This document shows positions 1 to 7,789 of a stretch of DNA of 14,238 bases, in pieces (the stretch's first letter is position 1; the number at the start of each line of letters is the position of its first letter). Below the pieces are notes generated by a model, which worked only from the letters and a program-made list of their open reading frames with translations, was not told the origin of the DNA and did not search any database. A program made the position numbers and the translations under genes. The stretch is from Candidatus Phoenicimicrobium oleiphilum (lineage in GTDB: Bacteria > Atribacterota > Phoenicimicrobiia > Phoenicimicrobiales > Phoenicimicrobiaceae): positions 1 to 14,238 of the forward strand of contig JBDIWJ010000041.1 in assembly GCA_039638295.1 (NCBI GenBank). Direction: 5' to 3'.

Positions 1-19
1 AGTTATTATTATATAACTA

Positions 20-47
20 AAAGCTTAAAGCGAAAAGCGCAAAAACA
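20..47. repeat. Short degenerate heptamer tandem array (AAAGCNN)
   Basis: aaagctt-aaagcga-aaagcgc-aaaaaca with 7-nt period. Confidence 0.45.
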
Positions 48-82
48 TAATTAGAAACTAAAATCTTTCTTAAAACTAATTA

Positions 83-172
83 AGAATCCAGAATTCAGGA
101 GCCAGAAGTCAAAATATAGTATTATATATATTTAAGATTATTCTGAATACCGAATTCTGGCTTCTGGCTCCT
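83..172. repeat. Inverted pair of degenerate heptamer arrays (AGAATTC/AGGAGCC type)
   Basis: 83-117 reads agaatcc-agaattc-aggagcc-agaagtc-aaaatat; reverse complement of 138-172 reads aggagcc-agaagcc-agaattc-ggtattc-agaataa. Confidence 0.75.
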
Positions 173-180
173 ATCTTGCT

Positions 181-313
181 TACGAGATATGATATACGAA
201 TTAAATTTTCTTCCTCTACTGCTTCTTTCTTAACTCTATACTAGTATCTATGTACTTCCGCTCATATGTTAATTTTATTAATGGTGTATGAAATACGATT
301 ACGATATACTATC
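181..313. repeat. Two short TACGATA-type heptamer arrays (181-201, 287-313)
   Basis: tacgaga-tatgata-tacgaat and tatgaaa-tacgat-tacgata-tactatc; same unit family as the array at 7031-7065. Confidence 0.5.
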
Positions 314-326
314 TTGTGTTTATTTA

Positions 327-335
327 TGTTATAAT
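327..335 (+). promoter_or_regulatory. Putative extended -10 promoter (TGnTATAAT) for the cca operon
   Basis: TGTTATAAT 36 nt upstream of the TTG start at 372; the same 14-mer tttatgttataatt occurs upstream of pta (12973-12986). Confidence 0.55.
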
Positions 336-371
336 TTTAAATAAAAAAAGTTAAAAGAAGAGGGTAGATTA

Positions 372-3026
372 TTGGAAGTAATTATTAGTCATCAAAGTAC
401 TGACTTTGATTCTTTAGCTGCTATGGTGGCAGCTAAAAAAATATATAAAGATGCTTTTTTAGTTTTTCCTGGTGCAGTGGAGAAAAATGTTAGAAAATTT
501 ATATCAATATATGGTGACCTAATAGAAGTAACTCCATTTAAAAGTATAAAAATGCAAGATATTACCAGGTTAATAATAGTTGATACTCGAATAAAAAGAA
601 GAATTGGAGCTTTCGCTAATATATTAAAAAAGAGAGATTTAGAAGTTCATATTTATGATCATCACCCTGCAACAGCAGATGATATTAAAGGGAGTCTTAA
701 TGTTATTGAAGAAGTAGGCGCAACTACTACTATACTTCTAAAAAAAATTAAGAAGATGAAATTAGAAATTACTCCTATTGAGGCAACTCTTTTTGCTTTA
801 GGAATTTATGAAGATACTGGTTCTTTAACTTTTTCTACTACTACTATTGAGGATATCAATTGCATTTCCTTCTTATTCAATAAAGGGATAAAATTAAAAG
901 TCGTATCTAATTTTATGAACATTGGCTTAAGTTTGACTCAAAAAAAATTATTAAATCAATTACTTCTTTCCTCTAAGGAAATTTTTTGTAAGGGTGTGAG
1001 AGTTAATATTGCAAAAGCTGAAATTAAGAATTATACAGAGGGGTTAGCTCTTCTTACTCATAAATTGATAGAAATTGAAAATAGTGATGTTTTTTTTACC
1101 CTGGCTAAAATGGGAGAAAGGATATACATAGTAGGAAGGAGCAGGACAAATTCGGTGGATGTAGATGAAGTATTAAAAGAATTAGGAGGTGGTGGACATT
1201 TTCAAGCAGCTTCAGCGGTAGTTAAGGATTTTACCTTAGAAGAATTAGAAAAAAAACTTTTAAAAGTTTTAAGACAAAAGATAAAATTAGGAATTGTGGC
1301 GAAAGATATTATGTCTTCTCCAGTTAAAACTGTTAATACTTCAACATCTATATCGGAAATGGAAAAAATTTTATTGAGATATGGACACACGGGAATCCCG
1401 GTAGTAGAGGAGGGGGAATTAAAAGGTATTATTACTATGCAAGAAGTGAATAGGGCTGCACGTCATGGATTTGGGAAAGAGCCAGTGAGTAAGTTTATGT
1501 CAGACCAGATTATTAGTGTTGATCAAAACACTCCTTTAACTGAAATTCAAGAATTGATGATAACCCATGATATAGGGAGGATATTGGTAATAGATCAAGA
1601 TAAAAGATTAATAGGAATAGTCACCAGGACTGATTTAATAAGGAATTTATATGGTGAATATAATCTCCCTAAAAGTTCATTTTCCACATATACTGAAAGC
1701 AAGTACAAAATAGAGAGAGAAAAAATAATAAATTTAACCAAGAAGATATTCCCCAAAAGGGTTCAAGATATTTTAAAAAAGATTGGAGAAATAGGTGATA
1801 GATTGTCTTTTCCCACATTTATGGTAGGAGGGGTAGTCAGGGATCTCCTTTTGGAAATTGAAAATCTCGACCTCGATATTGTTATTGAGGGAGATGGAAT
1901 AGAATTTGCTCGAAATTTAAGTAAGGAATTGGGAGGTAGAGCTAGGATTCATGAGAAATTTGGTACAGCAGTGGTAATTTTACCTGATGGTCTTAAGATA
2001 GATATAGCAACTGCTCGTAGAGAATTTTATGAATATCCAGCTGCTCTTCCTCAAGTAGAATTAAGTTCTATAAAAAAAGATTTGTATAGAAGAGATTTTA
2101 CCATAAACGCAATGGCCATAAAGTTGAATTGTAAAGATTATGGAAGATTAATTGATTTCTTTGGAGGGCAGAGAGATTTAAAGTTAGGTATTATCAGAGT
2201 TTTATATAATTTAAGTTTTGTTGAGGATCCTGCACGCATTATAAGAGCAGTAAGATTCGAGCAACGATATAATTTTAAAATGGATAGATCGACAGAAGAT
2301 TTTCTCAAAAAAGCTATCAATGATAAATTGCTCACTCGGTTAAGAAAGAAAAGGGTAGCTGAAGAATTAATACTAATATTGAAAGAGAAAAATCCAACAA
2401 AGGCATTAAAAAGAATGAAAGAACTCGGAGTTTTGAAATATGTCCTCCCGGATACAGAAATAAACGCGGATATGATTAAGAATTTAGATAAAATAAGTGA
2501 AAGTTATGATTTCTGGCAAAAAAATGTATCTGAGGAAGAAATCGATTTATGGTTAATATACTTTTACTTTTTAGTATATCAATTAGAACAGAAAAAAATA
2601 CAAAGAATATGCAAAAAATTGCTGTTAAAACCAAAAATTGTTGATAAAATAAATTATATTTATTTGAATTTAGATTCGGTTATTGATTTTTTATCTCAAA
2701 AAGAGGAGTTACTGCCCAGTTCTATTTATAAAAAATTAAAAGATGTACCAAATGAGCTTTTATTCATAGCTATGATGAATAGTAAATCAAGTATAGCAAA
2801 AGAAAGAATAATTGTTTTTGTAAAAAATTATAAAAAGGAAAGATTGTATATTTCTGGGAAAGACCTTAAAAAAATGGGTGTGAAACCAGGTCCTATTTAT
2901 TCATATATTTTGAATAAATTACTATGTGCTCAATTAGATGGAGAAGTAAATAATAAAGAAGATGAAATTAAGTTTGTAATAAACCTATTAGAGGGAAGGG
3001 AAAAAATATTAAAAAATGTTAAATAA
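372..3026 (+). CDS. cca: tRNA nucleotidyltransferase (CCA- or A-adding) with N-terminal DHH/DHHA1 phosphoesterase and tandem CBS domains
   Basis: 884 aa; TTG start after GAGGG. DHH motifs HQSTDFD, IVDT, YDHH, GIYEDTG, GGGGHFQAASA. CBS pair (AKDIMSSPV...GIVTRTDLI). Class II NTase motifs VGGVVRDLLL..DLDIV, DLYRRDFTINAMA, DFFGGQRDL, SFVEDPARIIRAVRF. Confidence 0.9.
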   Translation: MEVIISHQSTDFDSLAAMVAAKKIYKDAFLVFPGAVEKNVRKFISIYGDLIEVTPFKSIKMQDITRLIIVDTRIKRRIGAFANILKKRDLEVHIYDHHPATADDIKGSLNVIEEVGATTTILLKKIKKMKLEITPIEATLFALGIYEDTGSLTFSTTTIEDINCISFLFNKGIKLKVVSNFMNIGLSLTQKKLLNQLLLSSKEIFCKGVRVNIAKAEIKNYTEGLALLTHKLIEIENSDVFFTLAKMGERIYIVGRSRTNSVDVDEVLKELGGGGHFQAASAVVKDFTLEELEKKLLKVLRQKIKLGIVAKDIMSSPVKTVNTSTSISEMEKILLRYGHTGIPVVEEGELKGIITMQEVNRAARHGFGKEPVSKFMSDQIISVDQNTPLTEIQELMITHDIGRILVIDQDKRLIGIVTRTDLIRNLYGEYNLPKSSFSTYTESKYKIEREKIINLTKKIFPKRVQDILKKIGEIGDRLSFPTFMVGGVVRDLLLEIENLDLDIVIEGDGIEFARNLSKELGGRARIHEKFGTAVVILPDGLKIDIATARREFYEYPAALPQVELSSIKKDLYRRDFTINAMAIKLNCKDYGRLIDFFGGQRDLKLGIIRVLYNLSFVEDPARIIRAVRFEQRYNFKMDRSTEDFLKKAINDKLLTRLRKKRVAEELILILKEKNPTKALKRMKELGVLKYVLPDTEINADMIKNLDKISESYDFWQKNVSEEEIDLWLIYFYFLVYQLEQKKIQRICKKLLLKPKIVDKINYIYLNLDSVIDFLSQKEELLPSSIYKKLKDVPNELLFIAMMNSKSSIAKERIIVFVKNYKKERLYISGKDLKKMGVKPGPIYSYILNKLLCAQLDGEVNNKEDEIKFVINLLEGREKILKNVK

Positions 3027-3663
3027 TTTATTCGAGATTGTCTGGAGTATCCCGGCAGTTTTAATTGCCATTACTCTTCATGAATATTGGCATGGTAAAA
3101 TCGCTTATAATTTAGGTGATCCAACTGCTGCTCAGGCAGGAAGGCTTACCTTGAATCCTTTAGCTCATCTTGACCCTATGGGTACTTTAATGCTGCTTTT
3201 ATTTCGTTTTGGATGGGCAAAACCCGTGCCAGTAAATTTTAATAACCTAAGTTACCCTAAAAGGGATATGATTTATGTTTCCTTAGCAGGACCTATTGCC
3301 AATATATTTACTGCTATTGTATTTGCTATTATATTAAGATTAAGTTATTATTTCATTGATCAAATAACTATAGTTAGGAATACAACCTTTTTAAATTTAT
3401 TTTTTACTTTACTTAAGGGGTGGTTAATTTTTTTACAAACCGGGGTATTGATAAATTTAGCCCTGGCAATATTTAATTTAATACCAGTACCCCCTTTAGA
3501 TGGTTCTAAAATATTATTAGGTCTATTACCTTATTCCCAAGCTTATAAATATGCTAAATTAGAATCTTATGGACCAATTATCTTATTAATTCTTGTATTA
3601 AGTGGTATAATTGGAAAAGTATTATTTCCCGCAGTATTTTTTTTATTTAACTTATTAGTGTAA
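3016..3663 (+). CDS. Site-2 protease family (M50, YwhC-like) membrane zinc metalloprotease
   Basis: HEYWH zinc motif, GDPTA..GRLTLNPLAHLDP, GWAKPVPVN, AGP, FNLIPVPPLDG; hydrophobic segments; overlaps the upstream gene by 11 nt. Confidence 0.92.
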   Translation: MLNNLFEIVWSIPAVLIAITLHEYWHGKIAYNLGDPTAAQAGRLTLNPLAHLDPMGTLMLLLFRFGWAKPVPVNFNNLSYPKRDMIYVSLAGPIANIFTAIVFAIILRLSYYFIDQITIVRNTTFLNLFFTLLKGWLIFLQTGVLINLALAIFNLIPVPPLDGSKILLGLLPYSQAYKYAKLESYGPIILLILVLSGIIGKVLFPAVFFLFNLLV

Positions 3664-3676
3664 AATAGAATAGTTT

Positions 3677-3713
3677 TAAGAGCATAGGAATTTCAAAAAT
3701 TCCGATGCTCTTA
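3677..3713 (+). repeat. Palindromic repeat family A, copy 1
   Basis: taagagcataggaattt-caa-aaattccgatgctctta: 17-bp stem with 1 mismatch; homologous to 8968-9012 and 9687-9729. Confidence 0.85.
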
Positions 3714-3720
3714 CAAAAAT

Positions 3721-3754
3721 ACTTTTACCCGTTTTCACGGGCACAAGTTTAAAA
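3721..3754 (+). repeat. Palindromic repeat family D, copy 1 (follows family A)
   Basis: acttttacccgttttcacgggcacaagtttaaaa; cccgt/acggg stem; 3732-3754 matches 9745-9767 at 18/23 positions. Confidence 0.6.
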
Positions 3755-3821
3755 AACAATATATTCTAATAAAATTGTCAGGAAATGTTTTATATAAAGT
3801 CGAAATGAAGTAAAAAGGGAA

Positions 3822-3864
3822 ACAGAGAGAGGTTTTACGAGGAGTTCACTCCCCTGACAATCTT
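3822..3864 (+). repeat. Hairpin repeat family B (GGGGAGTnnACTCCCC-TGACAAT), copy 1
   Basis: agagaggttttacgaggagttcactcccctgacaatcttg; related copies at 8846, 9844, 10523 and 11585. Confidence 0.8.
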
Positions 3865-3894
3865 GTATTGCATGAAGAAAGTTAGGATTCAGAA

Positions 3895-3920
3895 GTAGGG
3901 GCACGATATATCGTGCCCAC
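3895..3920 (+). repeat. GTAG-type REP-like palindrome (family C), copy 1
   Basis: gtag-gggcacgatatatcgtgccc-ac: GTAG followed by a perfect 20-bp palindrome (3899-3918); second copy at 10484-10509. Confidence 0.8.
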
Positions 3921-4005
3921 AATAAAAACCGAAAACCGTAATTAGTCGTTAGTAAATTAACAGGTAAACACAGTTTAATAATAAAATAAAGGAAGGAGTA
4001 TTTGT

Positions 4006-4992
4006 ATGAAAGGAATAATTTTTAGCGGAATGCGTCCAACAGGGAAATTACACCTGGGAAACTACTTAGGAGCTTTAGAAAATTGGGTAAAACTCCAGAA
4101 AGAATACAAATGTTTTTATGGAGTTGTCGATTTACATGCTCTAACTACTGGATATGAACAAACTGCAGAGTTGAAAGAAAATATTAGAGAAATGCTTATA
4201 GATTGGTTTTCTGCTGGTATTGACCCGGAAAAGAGTACTGTATTAATACAATCCTATGTACCAGAACACGTGGAATTACATCTGCTTTTTTCTATGATCA
4301 CTCCTGTGTCCTGGTTAGAAAGAAATCCAGTTTTAAAAGAACAAGTTCGCGACTTAGGATTGAAAGAGAATATCAATTATGGACTTTTAGGATATCCAGT
4401 TTTAATGGCTTCAGATATTTTAATCTATAAATCTAATGCTGTCCCTGTAGGGGAAGATCAACTACACCACATAGAATTAGCTCGGGAAATAGCCAGGAGA
4501 TTTAACAGTCTTTATAAAAATATTTTTCCTTTACCTCAAGCAAAATTAACTAAAATACCCAGGGTTCCTGGAATTGACGGAAAGAGGATGAGTAAGAGTG
4601 TAGGGAATACTATATCAATTTCTGATTGTCCAAAAATAATTACCGAAAAGGTTAAATCAATGATAACTGATACCAAAAAGATAAAGTTAAATGACCCAGG
4701 ACATCCTAATGTTTGTGTTGTATTCACTTATCAGAAGATATTTAATCCAGATCAATATAAAGAAATTTCTACCGAGTGTAAATCGGGAGAATTAGGATGC
4801 GTAGAATGTAAAAAAATATTAGCCTATAATTTAATAATTAAATTTGAAGGATTTAGAGAAAAAAGAAAATATTTTGAAAAAAATCCAGAAGTAATTAGAG
4901 ATATTGTAGTAGAAGGGAGCAGAAAAGCAAGAGAAGTAGCTCGACAAACTCTCGAGGAAGCAAAAAGGGCTATGAAAATTTATTATGAGTAA
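4006..4992 (+). CDS. trpS: Tryptophan--tRNA ligase
   Basis: SGMRPTGKLHLGNYLG (HIGH), YPVLMASDIL, VPVGEDQ, RMSKS (KMSKS); SD AAGGAG upstream. Confidence 0.97.
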   Translation: MKGIIFSGMRPTGKLHLGNYLGALENWVKLQKEYKCFYGVVDLHALTTGYEQTAELKENIREMLIDWFSAGIDPEKSTVLIQSYVPEHVELHLLFSMITPVSWLERNPVLKEQVRDLGLKENINYGLLGYPVLMASDILIYKSNAVPVGEDQLHHIELAREIARRFNSLYKNIFPLPQAKLTKIPRVPGIDGKRMSKSVGNTISISDCPKIITEKVKSMITDTKKIKLNDPGHPNVCVVFTYQKIFNPDQYKEISTECKSGELGCVECKKILAYNLIIKFEGFREKRKYFEKNPEVIRDIVVEGSRKAREVARQTLEEAKRAMKIYYE

Positions 4993-5752
4993 TATGAATA
5001 CAAAATTCAAAATAAAATTTGGAAATTTCGAAGGTCCTGCTAATGAATTAATAAAGAATATAAAAGAAAATACTATAGATATTAATCAGGTACCTATAGT
5101 TGAAATATTGAACAATTTTTTAGAATTTCTTTTGAAGAATAGAGGCAATGTTGATATAGATGTTGCCAGTGAAACTATCACTAATGCTGCAATAATATTA
5201 AAGATGAAATCTGAACAACTTTTGCCTAATCTGAAAAACAAGAACGAAATAGAAGATGACGAAGAGAAAGATGATGAGCGAATTTTAGAAAATAAGGATA
5301 TCTATCTTAAAGAATATGACAAATATCAAAAAATAGTTAAATATTTGAATCAAAAAAGATACAGCCAGGATGATATATTTTTTCCTTTTGGTAAAAATAA
5401 TGACGAAAAAATAAATATAGAAATCCAGGAGGTTGATTTAGCAGACCTTTTGGGTGCTTTAGAAAAAGTTATAAAAAATAAGAAAAGGGAAGAATTTATT
5501 CCGATCAAAAAAAGGACTTTTACTGTAGCCGCAAAGATGAATGAGATATTAGATATATTAAAGCTCAATAAGAAAGGGATGTCATTCGATTATTTTATGG
5601 AAACCGCCCAAACAAAAGTGGAAATTATTGTTATCTTTCTGGCTTTATTAGAACTTATATATTTTAAAAAGATTGTATGTCGTCAAAATGAAAATTTTGG
5701 TAAAATTATATTTTACCTGAAAGGAGATGCTTTAAATTTAAAGAAGAATTAA
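4985..5752 (+). CDS. scpA: Segregation and condensation protein A (kleisin subunit of SMC-ScpAB)
   Basis: N-terminal FEGP..IDI, MKSEQLLP, C-terminal IIVIFLALLELI..QNENFGKI winged helix; adjacent to scpB; alternative start at 4994. Confidence 0.88.
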   Translation: MSNMNTKFKIKFGNFEGPANELIKNIKENTIDINQVPIVEILNNFLEFLLKNRGNVDIDVASETITNAAIILKMKSEQLLPNLKNKNEIEDDEEKDDERILENKDIYLKEYDKYQKIVKYLNQKRYSQDDIFFPFGKNNDEKINIEIQEVDLADLLGALEKVIKNKKREEFIPIKKRTFTVAAKMNEILDILKLNKKGMSFDYFMETAQTKVEIIVIFLALLELIYFKKIVCRQNENFGKIIFYLKGDALNLKKN

Positions 5753-6273
5753 AAGATTATTCTGAATGGAAAAATATAATAGAATGTTTACTATTTGTGT
5801 CTGATAACCCTTTAACTGTAGATAGGATTAGAGAGATTACTGGACTTGAGAGGAAAAATATTAGACTATTGTTGAAGGAGTTAATATCTGATTACGAAAA
5901 TTCTAATAGACCCTATAAAATATACGAGATTGCGAAAGGTTATAAATTAGGAACTAAGCCACAATATGCTAACTGGGTAAAAAAGATATCAGAAAACAAG
6001 AAAAGATATCAAATTTCCAAAGCTGCTTTAGAAACCTTAGCTATTATTGCTTACAATCAGCCAGTAACTCGATTAGAAATTGAAAAAATAAGAGGGGTGA
6101 ATAGTTCGGGGGTATTATTCAATTTATTAAAACATAAATTCATAAGAATAAGCGGAAGAAAGAAAGTTCCTGGTAATCCATTATTGTATAAAGTAACAGA
6201 TCTATTTTTACTTCATTTTGGTTTAAAAAAACTTTCCGATCTTCCTAAATTAGATGAAATTGGAATTGACTAA
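5737..6273 (+). CDS. scpB: Segregation and condensation protein B; true start uncertain, upstream of the called GTG at 5797
   Basis: ISKAALETLAIIAYNQPVTRLEIEKIRGV, GRKKVPGNPLLYKVTDLFLLHFGLKKLSDLP. Frame is open from 5704 and encodes WKNIIECLLFVSDNPL (typical ScpB N-terminus) across 5767-5814. Start at 5737 is inferred from SD spacing only (codon is TTT). Confidence 0.85.
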   Translation, partial: FKEELKDYSEWKNIIECLLFVSDNPLTVDRIREITGLERKNIRLLLKELISDYENSNRPYKIYEIAKGYKLGTKPQYANWVKKISENKKRYQISKAALETLAIIAYNQPVTRLEIEKIRGVNSSGVLFNLLKHKFIRISGRKKVPGNPLLYKVTDLFLLHFGLKKLSDLPKLDEIGID

Positions 6274-6274
6274 T

Positions 6275-7000
6275 ATGTACGAAAGATTACAAAAATATTT
6301 AGCCAGAGTAGGTATCGCTTCTCGGAGAAAATGCGAAGAACTTATCCTTCAGGGACTCGTAAGAGTAAATCATCGGGTTGTAACTAAATTGGGAACTAAA
6401 GTAGATTCTCAGAAAGATATAATTGAAGTAAAGGGGAAAGAAGTAAAATTAGTAGATAATAAAAAATATACTTATATATTATTAAATAAACCAAAAGGAT
6501 ATTTAACCTCTTTATATGACCCTTATAATAGACCAACCATATTAGACTTCTTAAAAGGTGTTAAGGAAAGGATCTATCCTGTTGGTCGTTTAGACTATAA
6601 TTCAGAAGGTTTATTACTTTTGACTAATGATGGTGAAATAACTTATGCCCTGACTCATCCTTCAAAAAAAATAGAAAAAACTTATATTGTTAAGGTGAAA
6701 GGGGTTCCTTCTTTAAAAAAATTAAAATTATTATCCGAAGGAATAGTGCTTAAAAATAATTATAAGATTTCCTCTTGTCAGATTCGTTTGATAAAAACTA
6801 TAAATGAAAATGCAATTTTAAAAATAAAAATAAAAGAAGGAAAAAAAAGACAGATAAGGAAAATGGGTGAGTATATTGGTCATCCTGTTTTAGAATTGAG
6901 AAGAATTCAAATGGGCCCAATTCGTTTAAAAGGATTAAAACCCGGAGAATATAGATATTTAAGTAAACAGGAAGTTGAAAATCTGAAAAAAATAATATAG
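6275..7000 (+). CDS. rluB: rRNA pseudouridine synthase, RsuA/RluB family with S4 domain
   Basis: ERLQKYLARVGIASRRKCEELI (S4), LNKPKG, YPVGRLDYNSEGLLLLTNDG (catalytic Asp), EGKKRQIRKM; follows scpB. The ORF track starts at 6254; the ATG at 6275 fits the family N-terminus better. Confidence 0.9.
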   Translation: MYERLQKYLARVGIASRRKCEELILQGLVRVNHRVVTKLGTKVDSQKDIIEVKGKEVKLVDNKKYTYILLNKPKGYLTSLYDPYNRPTILDFLKGVKERIYPVGRLDYNSEGLLLLTNDGEITYALTHPSKKIEKTYIVKVKGVPSLKKLKLLSEGIVLKNNYKISSCQIRLIKTINENAILKIKIKEGKKRQIRKMGEYIGHPVLELRRIQMGPIRLKGLKPGEYRYLSKQEVENLKKII

Positions 7001-7065
7001 TAGTATACAGTATCGAGTATCGAGCATACAATACTCGATACACAATACGCAATACGATATACTAT
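7000..7065. repeat. Head-to-head inverted heptamer arrays (NNNGTAT x4 / ATACNNN x5) forming a hairpin
   Basis: gtagtat-acagtat-cgagtat-cgagcat then atactcg-atacaca-atacgca-atacgat-atactat; perfect 11-bp stem 7010-7020/7031-7041. Confidence 0.8.
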
Positions 7066-7086
7066 TGACTAGTTTGGAGAGAATTT

Positions 7087-7785
7087 ATGAAAAAAGATAA
7101 TTTGATAATAGCTATAGATGGACCTTCAGCGGTTGGTAAGAGTACCCTTGGAAAATTGATTGCCAAAGAATTAGGATATTTGTACATAGATACAGGAGCT
7201 ATATATAGAGCAATAACGTGGAAGGTCTTGAAAAATAATATTAATTTAAACAACGAAAAATTAATTCTAAATTTAGTTTCGAAGATCAACATATCTATAA
7301 AAAATACAGATAAAAACTTTGAAGAGTGTTTTCGGATTTTTATTGATGGTGAAGATGTAACTGAAGAAATTCGTGATCCAAAGATTGATCAAAATGTTTC
7401 CCAAATAGCGAAGTTACCTAAAATTAGACAACAATTAATTGACCTGCAAAGAAATTTAGCTAAAAAGGGCAATATTATAATGGAAGGTAGAGATATTGGC
7501 TCAACAATTTTACCTTATGCAGATATAAAGCTATTTTTTACTGCCTCTCAAGAAGAAAGAATCAGAAGGAGATATCAAGAACTTAAAAATAAAGGATATG
7601 AAATTAGTTATAAAGAAGTAAAGGAACAAATAATTCAACGAGACTTTATTGATAGTAACCGGGAATGTGCTCCTTTAACTAAAACAAAAGACGCTATTGT
7701 AATCGATTCAACCAAAAAAAATATTGAAGAAGTAAAGAATGATATTTTAAAAATAATAAGAAAATACAAAGAAGTAGGTAAATAA
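7087..7785 (+). CDS. cmk: Cytidylate kinase
   Basis: IAIDGPSAVGKST P-loop, YIDTGAIYRA, MEGRDIG, RDFIDSNRECAPL. Confidence 0.96.
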   Translation: MKKDNLIIAIDGPSAVGKSTLGKLIAKELGYLYIDTGAIYRAITWKVLKNNINLNNEKLILNLVSKINISIKNTDKNFEECFRIFIDGEDVTEEIRDPKIDQNVSQIAKLPKIRQQLIDLQRNLAKKGNIIMEGRDIGSTILPYADIKLFFTASQEERIRRRYQELKNKGYEISYKEVKEQIIQRDFIDSNRECAPLTKTKDAIVIDSTKKNIEEVKNDILKIIRKYKEVGK

Positions 7786-7789
7786 TAAA

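Noticed and set aside
248..265. Small minus-strand ORF (ATG AGC GGA AGT ACA TAG)
   Set aside because: Five codons and no SD; no support.
3664..4005. T-box riboswitch upstream of trpS
   Set aside because: No T-box consensus (GGTGGnACCGCG) and no terminator with a U-tract before the start; the gap is explained by repeats found elsewhere in the window.
5727..5735. ATG right after AAGGAG as the scpB start
   Set aside because: Wrong frame (ATG CTT TAA) and zero spacing from the SD.
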